NCBI GenBank assembly: GCA_964598405.1
Contig: CAZRBS010000006.1
Coordinates: 3,972-47,164 of the forward strand
Length of the DNA: 43,193 bases
Reading direction: 5' to 3'
Origin: an uncultured Dehalococcoidaceae bacterium
GTDB lineage: Bacteria; Chloroflexota; Dehalococcoidia; Dehalococcoidales; RBG-16-60-22
The position numbers and the translations under genes are program-made. Numbering within the stretch: the stretch's first letter is position 1; each line of letters starts with the position of its first letter. A model generated the notes under the pieces. The model had not been told where the DNA came from and did not search any database. It worked only from the letters and a program-made list of their open reading frames with translations. Positions 36,824-43,193 of the stretch are shown here, piece after piece.

Positions 36824-38410
36824 ATGAAAGTTCTGGTTGCCGACCCTATTTCCGAAGAAGGCATTGAGGTTCTCCGCGGTGAGGCTCAGGTTGATGTTAA
36901 ACCGGGGCTGAAGCCGGAGGAGCTGGTAGCCATCATCGGTGGTTATGAAGCGCTGGTGGTGCGCAGCCAGACCAGGGTTACGGCTAAAGTGATAGGGGCT
37001 GGGCGGAGGCTACAGGTTATCGCCCGGGCTGGCGTTGGCGTTGACAATATCGATGTGGAAGAGGCCACCCGGCGCGGCGTAATTGTAGTCAATTCTCCCG
37101 AAGGTAACATAGTTTCCGCCGCCGAACATACCATGGCGATGCTCCTGGCACTGGCGCGCCGGATTCCCAGAGCGAATAGCCAGCTTCGTGCCGGCGTCTG
37201 GAACCGCCAGCTTAAAGGCTTTGAAGTCCGCAAGAAGACCCTGGGTATAATCGGGCTTGGACGGGTTGGTACCGAAGTGGCGCAGTTTGCCGGGGGAATG
37301 CACATGAGCGTCATTGCCCATGACCCGCTGGTATCGGAAGCCCGGGCCGAGAGGCTGGGCGTACAGCTGGTAGATATGGAAACACTTTTAAAGACGTCCG
37401 ATTTTATAACGGTGCACGTGCCCTTGAATTCCAGCACGAGGGGATTAATCGGGCGTGAGCAGTTCAAGCTGATGAAGCCGACGGCAATGCTGATTAACTG
37501 TGCCCGCGGCGGTATTGTGGATGAGGAGGCGCTTGACGATGCGCTCAACCGGGGGCTTCTGGCGGGGGCGGCCGTTGATGTTTTCCTCAAGGAGCCGGCT
37601 CAGGATAACATTTTGCTGCAGAATGATAAGGTAGTTGTCACGCCTCACCTGGCGGCGTCCACCGTTGAAGCTGAGATTAACACGGGCAGGGACGTTGCCG
37701 AGCAGGTAGTGGCCGTCCTTAAGGGCAACCCGCCCGCGTATCCGGTAAATGCCCCGATGATTTCCCGGGAAGTTCTAGCCGTGCTGGGCCCGTATCTGGA
37801 GGCAGGTAGAACAATCGGCAGAATCGCGGTGCAACTGATATCGGGTCATCCGGAGTCCCTGACCATCCGTTATCAGGGGGACATCGCCAGGCAGGAAACC
37901 GGCCCGGTCAAGGTGGCCGTGCTCAGCGGACTTCTGGAGATTATTACCGACGAGCGGGTTAATATCGTTAACGCGGACATCATCGCCGGCAGGCGGGGTC
38001 TGCACGTTACCGAACAGAAAGACGCTGCCTGTGAGAACTACGCCAATATGGTTGCGGTGGAGGTGCAGACCACCGCCGGAAGCACGCTGGTAGCCGGGAC
38101 GTCGCTCCGGGGGAGGACCTATCTGACGCGGGTGGACGACTACTGGCTGGAGATAGAGCCGTCGGGCAGCTATATTTTGTTTACGGAGCATAAAGACCGT
38201 CCCGGGATGATTGGTGCCGTGGGCACCATCATCGGCGATGCCGGCATCAATATCAGTCAGATGCAGGTCAGCCTTGGCATTCAACACGGGGAGAAGGCGA
38301 TGATGGTACTTTGCCTGAATGAGCTACTTCCCGCAGAGTGCTACCAGAGGATACTGGCCATACCTGATATGTACCGGGCGCTGCTGGTAAAGCTTCATCT
38401 GTCTGACTGA
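36824..38410 (+). CDS. serA: D-3-phosphoglycerate dehydrogenase (type I, ASB + ACT)
   Basis: RAGVGVDNID, AAEH, GLGRVG, INCARGG, TPHLAAST.EA, C-terminal DRPGMIG..G..I...GINI. Confidence 0.96.
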   Translation: MKVLVADPISEEGIEVLRGEAQVDVKPGLKPEELVAIIGGYEALVVRSQTRVTAKVIGAGRRLQVIARAGVGVDNIDVEEATRRGVIVVNSPEGNIVSAAEHTMAMLLALARRIPRANSQLRAGVWNRQLKGFEVRKKTLGIIGLGRVGTEVAQFAGGMHMSVIAHDPLVSEARAERLGVQLVDMETLLKTSDFITVHVPLNSSTRGLIGREQFKLMKPTAMLINCARGGIVDEEALDDALNRGLLAGAAVDVFLKEPAQDNILLQNDKVVVTPHLAASTVEAEINTGRDVAEQVVAVLKGNPPAYPVNAPMISREVLAVLGPYLEAGRTIGRIAVQLISGHPESLTIRYQGDIARQETGPVKVAVLSGLLEIITDERVNIVNADIIAGRRGLHVTEQKDAACENYANMVAVEVQTTAGSTLVAGTSLRGRTYLTRVDDYWLEIEPSGSYILFTEHKDRPGMIGAVGTIIGDAGINISQMQVSLGIQHGEKAMMVLCLNELLPAECYQRILAIPDMYRALLVKLHLSD

Positions 38411-38433
38411 AGAGCGGAGCGGGCGTGCGTGAA

Positions 38434-38462
38434 TTGACTTTACATATTGTCCGTGCTATCAT
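38434..38462 (+). promoter_or_regulatory. Putative promoter of udg-rnj-ftsK
   Basis: TTGACT-17 bp-TATCAT with TG extension. Confidence 0.65.
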
Positions 38463-38506
38463 GATTAAGATCTGTTGATTATTTTATATGGATTTAACTG
38501 GATGAG

Positions 38507-39115
38507 ATGTCAGCACTGAGTGACCTTTGTGAGGAAATATCCCGCTGCCAGCGGTGCGAGATAGCTAAGTACCGGACCAGGGCAGTACCCGGTGAAGGCC
38601 CGGAGGATGCGGAATTAATGTTCGTTGGCGAGGCACCGGGCTGGCATGAAGACCAGCAAGGGCGCCCCTTTGTTGGCGCGGCCGGGCAATACCTGGAGCA
38701 GCTGCTGGGTTCCATTGGCTTGAGCCGCGGGCAGGTTTACATTGCTAACGTAATAAAGTGCCGACCGACGGGAAACCGCGACCCGTTGCCATCCGAAATA
38801 CAGAACTGCCGCGGCTGGCTGGAGCGCCAGATTGAGATAATTCGTCCCAGGATGCTGGTCACTCTGGGGCGTTATTCTATGGCCATGTTTTTTCCGGGTA
38901 AGAGCATCAGCAAGATTCACGGTACGGCGCAGAAGCGTGATGGCGTTATCTACTATGCCATGTATCATCCGGCGGCAGCTCTCCATCAGCAGAGCCTGCG
39001 CCAGGCGATAGAGGCGGACATGCGCAGGATTCCGGTTATCCTGGCCGAGGCAAAAAACGTAACCGGGGCTCTGCCGCAGCCCCAGCAATTAAGTATGTTT
39101 GAGGACCAGTTTTAA
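38507..39115 (+). CDS. Uracil-DNA glycosylase family 4 ([4Fe-4S])
   Basis: CxxC, VGEAPG..ED..G.PFVG.AG, NVIKCRP..NR.P...EI..C, YHPAA. Confidence 0.94.
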   Translation: MSALSDLCEEISRCQRCEIAKYRTRAVPGEGPEDAELMFVGEAPGWHEDQQGRPFVGAAGQYLEQLLGSIGLSRGQVYIANVIKCRPTGNRDPLPSEIQNCRGWLERQIEIIRPRMLVTLGRYSMAMFFPGKSISKIHGTAQKRDGVIYYAMYHPAAALHQQSLRQAIEADMRRIPVILAEAKNVTGALPQPQQLSMFEDQF

Positions 39116-40773
39116 TGACAAAATCAAAGTTAAAGGTAATTCCGCTCGGCGGACTCAGCGAAATCGGTAAAAATATGATAGTGATGGAATATGAAGATGA
39201 CGTCATTATCATTGATGCCGGGCTCATGTTCCCCGAGGAAGAGATGCTGGGCATCGACCTGGTGATTCCCGATATCAGCTATCTGCTGGAGAGGCGGAAC
39301 AAAATACGGGGGATAATTATCACGCATGGCCATGAAGACCATATTGGCGCCCTGCCTTACCTGTTGCCCCAGCTCAATGTTCCAATCTACGCGACGAAGC
39401 TCACCCAGGGGCTTGTCCGGGTCAAGCTTAAGGAAAGGCGTGCCCTCAATGAGGCTAAACTTAACGTGGTGCCGCCGGGGGAACAGTTTACGCTGGGGCG
39501 GTTTAAAATCGAGATGTTCCCGGTCTGTCATAGTATACCCGATGCGGTGGGACTGGTCATAGATACGCCGGTGGGCACGGTGGTTCATAGCGGCGATTTT
39601 AAGCTTGACTATACGCCGGTCAGCGGCAAACCGACTGACCTTTCCCGCCTGGCTCAGCTTGGGGCGAAAGGGGTCTTGCTCCTCCTTTCCGATTCCACCT
39701 ATGCCGAGCTTCCCGGTTATACTCCCTCGGAGATTATGGTGGGTGAAGCTCTGGACCGTATTATGGCCAATGCTCCGGGAAGGGTGATTATAACTACCTT
39801 TTCCTCGCTGGTCTCCCGTATTCAGCAGGTTATTGACGCTGCTGCCAAACATAAACGCCGCGTCTTTGTAATCGGTCGTAGCATGAGTGAAACGGTGCGT
39901 ATGGCACTGGAACTGGGCTATCTCAGTGCCCCGGACGGCATACTGGGCCGGATTGAAGAAGCCCGCGGTATACCTCTGGACAAGATTGTTTTCGTCACCA
40001 CGGGCAGCCAGGGCGAGCCCACGTCAGCCCTGGTGCGCATGGCCAACCGGGACCACCGTAATGTTCGTATCCAGCCCGGCGATACGGTGGTCATTTCCGC
40101 CACGCCGATTCCGGGTAATGAAGCCCTCGTCAATAGAACGGTGGATAATCTTTTCCGGCAGGGGGCACAGGTCCTATACAGCAAGCTGGCACAGGTCCAT
40201 GTTCACGGGCATGGCAGCCAGGAGGAGCTGAAGCTGCTGCTGAACCTGGTCAAGCCGAGATTTTTCATGCCCATTCATGGCGAATACCGCCATTTGAGCC
40301 TGCATGCCAAGCTGGCACATTCGGTAGGTGTGGCAGAGGAAAATACCTTCGTTATGGAGGACGGCGATATCCTTGAACTCGGACCGGATGTGGCCAAGGT
40401 AGTCGGCAAGGTCAGTTCCGGCAACGTGTATGTGGATGGTTTAAGCGTGGGTGATATCGGCGGGATTGTGCTCCGTAACCGGCGGATGCTGTCAAAGGAC
40501 GGGATAGTGGTGGCGATTATTGCGGTAAACCGGCAGAGCGGCAAGCTGGTAGGACGACCTGATATTGTTACCCGGGGTTTTATTGACACCAGAAAGTTCA
40601 AGGAGATGATAGATGAAAGCCGCGACCTGCTGGCTAAGGCTCTGAACCACAGTGGAGACCGTGCTGCTGAGTGGAGTTTCATCAACAATAAGGTCAGGGA
40701 TGTCCTGGACAAGTTTTATTATGAACGGACCAAACGCCGCCCCATGATTCTTCCCTTCATGGTCAAAGTTTAG
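39115..40773 (+). CDS. rnj: Ribonuclease J
   Basis: PLGGLSEIGKNM, THGHEDHIG, HSIPD, GDFK, TGSQGEP, IPGNE, HVHGH, PIHGE, RRPMILP. Confidence 0.97.
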   Translation: MTKSKLKVIPLGGLSEIGKNMIVMEYEDDVIIIDAGLMFPEEEMLGIDLVIPDISYLLERRNKIRGIIITHGHEDHIGALPYLLPQLNVPIYATKLTQGLVRVKLKERRALNEAKLNVVPPGEQFTLGRFKIEMFPVCHSIPDAVGLVIDTPVGTVVHSGDFKLDYTPVSGKPTDLSRLAQLGAKGVLLLLSDSTYAELPGYTPSEIMVGEALDRIMANAPGRVIITTFSSLVSRIQQVIDAAAKHKRRVFVIGRSMSETVRMALELGYLSAPDGILGRIEEARGIPLDKIVFVTTGSQGEPTSALVRMANRDHRNVRIQPGDTVVISATPIPGNEALVNRTVDNLFRQGAQVLYSKLAQVHVHGHGSQEELKLLLNLVKPRFFMPIHGEYRHLSLHAKLAHSVGVAEENTFVMEDGDILELGPDVAKVVGKVSSGNVYVDGLSVGDIGGIVLRNRRMLSKDGIVVAIIAVNRQSGKLVGRPDIVTRGFIDTRKFKEMIDESRDLLAKALNHSGDRAAEWSFINNKVRDVLDKFYYERTKRRPMILPFMVKV

Positions 40774-40803
40774 TCTGGGGCACCTGGACGCAGCGGGGGT
40801 GAG

Positions 40804-43038
40804 ATGGCAAAGAGAAAAGCCGATGCCAGAGGCAGGTCAATGTGGGGACAGCTTTTCCGTATTTTGCGGTTTCCGGTGGTGCGGAACCTTCTCCTGCTGG
40901 TGGTATTTCTGGCGATATTATTCTGGCAATGGTCTAATATCAAAGAGGCGATAGCCGCACTGGTGGGGTTGTTTGGCTGGGGGCTGGTATTCATCCTCGC
41001 GGCGATTGTTGTCCTCATCGTTCAGGTAAAACGGCGGAAGTTGCTCTCCTTTATTTTCCACGGGAACCGGTGGCTGGGGGGTGTCGCCGTTATTCTGGCG
41101 GTATGGGGAATCCTGGCATTTTTCGGGATGGGCGGTGACTTCGGCCTTGGCATCATCAGCTACCCGGCTCCGGACCTCGTCGGCGCCCTTCGCATACTGG
41201 GACTGGTCATCGCCGGCGTTGTACTGATTGCCCCCAGAGCCTGTTTCCGGATGGTGTCAAAGTTCATTTCCTGGTTGAGCGGGCAGTTACGGAGGCGGCC
41301 GGTCCCCAGATACCTTGAGAAACAGCTTCAGGAGGAAAGGCTGCAGCCCCTTGCCCCCACCCATACCAGGCCCGTTTACGAGGAAAAACCGGCCATGCCG
41401 CTGGAGATGGAAAAGAGGGCGGTACCGCCGGAGAGGGTAATTCCGAAGTCCCCCCTGGTAACCCCGGAAAAGGAAGCGGCTTCACGGGCGGCTCCCGCAG
41501 CTCAGTCTCCCCAGGAACTGCGCCAGGTGGCGCAGGAAGTGTGGAAGAAATACGGACAGTCATCCGACCTGGTGGTCGTTGATGGCTGGAGGTTGCCGCC
41601 GATTGATATTCTGGACAGGACGCCGGAGATAGAGTTCGGCGAGGCGGATAATATGCGGCGGGCCAAGATTATTGAGGACGCCCTGGGCAGCTACGGTGTG
41701 GAAGCAAAGGTGGTACAGATAAATGCCGGGCCCACTGTCACCCAGTTTGGCATAGAGCCTGGCTGGGACAGGAAGCTGAAGGAAGTCAAGGAGAGGAACA
41801 AGGATGGCGAGGTCAGTGTCAGGCTGGAGGAAGTCTCCAAGACGAGGGTCAAGGTGGACCGGATTACCTCTCTGGCGAATGACCTGGCGCTGGCCCTGGC
41901 GGCACCGAGTATCAGGATTGAAGCGCCGGTGCCGGGAAAGTCCATCGTCGGCGTTGAGGTGCCCAATACCAGTGCCAGCATGGTCAGTCTGCGCGGGGTA
42001 ATCGAGACCGCCGCCTTTCAGAAGATAGGGGCCAAGTCCAGGCTGGGTCTGGCGCTGGGGAAAGGTGCCGGGGGCGAGGCGGTGGCGGCTGACCTGTCCC
42101 GGATGCCTCATCTGCTCATCGCCGGGGCGACCGGCAGCGGTAAGACGGTGTGCCTGAATACCATTATAAGCTGTCTGATTTTGCATAATACGCCTACCGA
42201 TGTCCGCTTTATCATGATTGACCCCAAGAGGGTTGAGCTCACCCCGTATAACAGCATCCCCCACCTGGCTACGCCGGTGATAGTGGATACCAGCAAGGCG
42301 CTGAGTGCCCTGCGCTGGCTCAGCCAGGAGATGGACCAGCGGTACCAGAAACTGGCTACCGCCGCCGCCCGCAACATCGAGGCTTATAACAAGAACAAAG
42401 AGGGCGAGGAAAAGCTCCCCTATATGATACTGGTTATCGACGAGCTGGCCGACCTGATGATGACCGGCTTTGACGAGGTGGAGCATATCCTCTGCCGGCT
42501 GGCGCAGCTTGCCCGGGCGACGGGCATCCATCTGGTGGTGGCGACGCAGCGTCCTTCGGTGGACGTGGTTACCGGTCTGATTAAGGCGAACTTTCCCACC
42601 CGTATCAGCTTTGCCGTTACCTCTCAGGTGGACTCGCGCACCATCCTTGACGGCGGCGGGGCGGAGAAGCTGCTGGGCAGGGGGGACATGCTTTACATGC
42701 CCACGGAGGCGGGGAAGCCCAAGCGCCTCCAGGGTTGCTTTGTCTCCGATGCGGAGGTGGAGAGGCTGGTCTATTTCTGGAACAGCCAGCCGCGAGAGGG
42801 AACGCCTCACCTGAAAATCGAGGAGGTTACGGCGCCTTCATCGCTGGCGGGCAGGAAAGCCTATCCCCGCGACCCGCTGCTGGAGTCTGCCCTGGAGCTG
42901 GCACGGCAGCACGAGCATATATCCACGTCTTTCCTACAGCGGCGTTTGCACATCGGCTACCCCAGGGCCGCCCGCATCATGGAGCAGCTACAGGAGGAGA
43001 TGGGTGGCGAGGAAAGTGGGGGAGAGGGAGAGATTTAG
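40804..43038 (+). CDS. ftsK: DNA translocase FtsK/SpoIIIE
   Basis: N-terminal TM helices; PHLLIAGATGSGKT, IDPKRVEL, VIDELADLM, ATQRPS, GAEKLLGRGDML; gamma domain S.LQRRL.IGY.RAAR. Confidence 0.96.
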   Translation: MAKRKADARGRSMWGQLFRILRFPVVRNLLLLVVFLAILFWQWSNIKEAIAALVGLFGWGLVFILAAIVVLIVQVKRRKLLSFIFHGNRWLGGVAVILAVWGILAFFGMGGDFGLGIISYPAPDLVGALRILGLVIAGVVLIAPRACFRMVSKFISWLSGQLRRRPVPRYLEKQLQEERLQPLAPTHTRPVYEEKPAMPLEMEKRAVPPERVIPKSPLVTPEKEAASRAAPAAQSPQELRQVAQEVWKKYGQSSDLVVVDGWRLPPIDILDRTPEIEFGEADNMRRAKIIEDALGSYGVEAKVVQINAGPTVTQFGIEPGWDRKLKEVKERNKDGEVSVRLEEVSKTRVKVDRITSLANDLALALAAPSIRIEAPVPGKSIVGVEVPNTSASMVSLRGVIETAAFQKIGAKSRLGLALGKGAGGEAVAADLSRMPHLLIAGATGSGKTVCLNTIISCLILHNTPTDVRFIMIDPKRVELTPYNSIPHLATPVIVDTSKALSALRWLSQEMDQRYQKLATAAARNIEAYNKNKEGEEKLPYMILVIDELADLMMTGFDEVEHILCRLAQLARATGIHLVVATQRPSVDVVTGLIKANFPTRISFAVTSQVDSRTILDGGGAEKLLGRGDMLYMPTEAGKPKRLQGCFVSDAEVERLVYFWNSQPREGTPHLKIEEVTAPSSLAGRKAYPRDPLLESALELARQHEHISTSFLQRRLHIGYPRAARIMEQLQEEMGGEESGGEGEI

Positions 43039-43161
43039 GGTTTGAGTCCTGCGCGGCTCATTTGCTAATATTAAGCATGAAACTTGATTTCTCGCCTTTC
43101 TCATTTAATTAACGCAAAAAGTAATATTGAAAACTCGCTAGTGTAATGTCTCACAAATAGC

Positions 43162-43190
43162 TGGACATATATGGGCGAAGCTGGTATACT
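43162..43190 (+). promoter_or_regulatory. Promoter for a gene beyond the window
   Basis: TGGACA-17 bp-TATACT with TG extension. Confidence 0.55.
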
Positions 43191-43193
43191 CCA

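Noticed and set aside
43140-43155. CRP/FNR/Rex-like site AGTGT-N6-TCACA upstream of the final promoter
   Set aside because: One half-site is weak, the spacing is non-canonical and the target gene lies outside the window

Overview
A gene-dense, mostly housekeeping chromosomal segment from a moderately GC-rich bacterium. It is probably Chloroflexota, class Dehalococcoidia; this is inferred from gene content (T-boxes, short EF-Ts, translin-like gene, FtsK insertion, no outer-membrane genes), not proven. Gene order: yidC-jag, Ile T-box-ileS (type 2, GIHH motif), convergent htrA, Trp T-box-controlled trpEGDCFB1A-trpB2 (minus strand), a GT2 glycosyltransferase, rpsB-tsf-pyrH-frr-uppS-cdsA, a REP-like double hairpin plus a low-GC one-gene islet, rsmG-pdxS-pdxT-AAA/R3H, a second inverted copy of the repeat, tmk-ygbA-like-rnhB-yraN-ThiD2-translin, a structured leader with terminator before hppA, an MBL hydrolase, aminotransferase-DUF1015, ribF-tyrS-eamA, aminotransferase-serA, and udg-rnj-ftsK. 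No rRNA, tRNA, CRISPR array, transposase or phage gene was seen. Most notable: (1) the islet encoding a SeqA-N/RHH-like plus B3-like protein with a dense operator-like array over its promoter, next to a GCGAAGC-capped repeat; (2) a candidate Na+-sensing riboswitch before a Na+-type pyrophosphatase; (3) a GXHH-type IleRS2, the type linked to mupirocin hyper-resistance; (4) a bacterial translin/C3PO homolog coupled to a stand-alone ThiD2 domain; (5) DUF1015 near serA, with no serB in the window. All family calls come from recognising motifs by eye; no database search was run.
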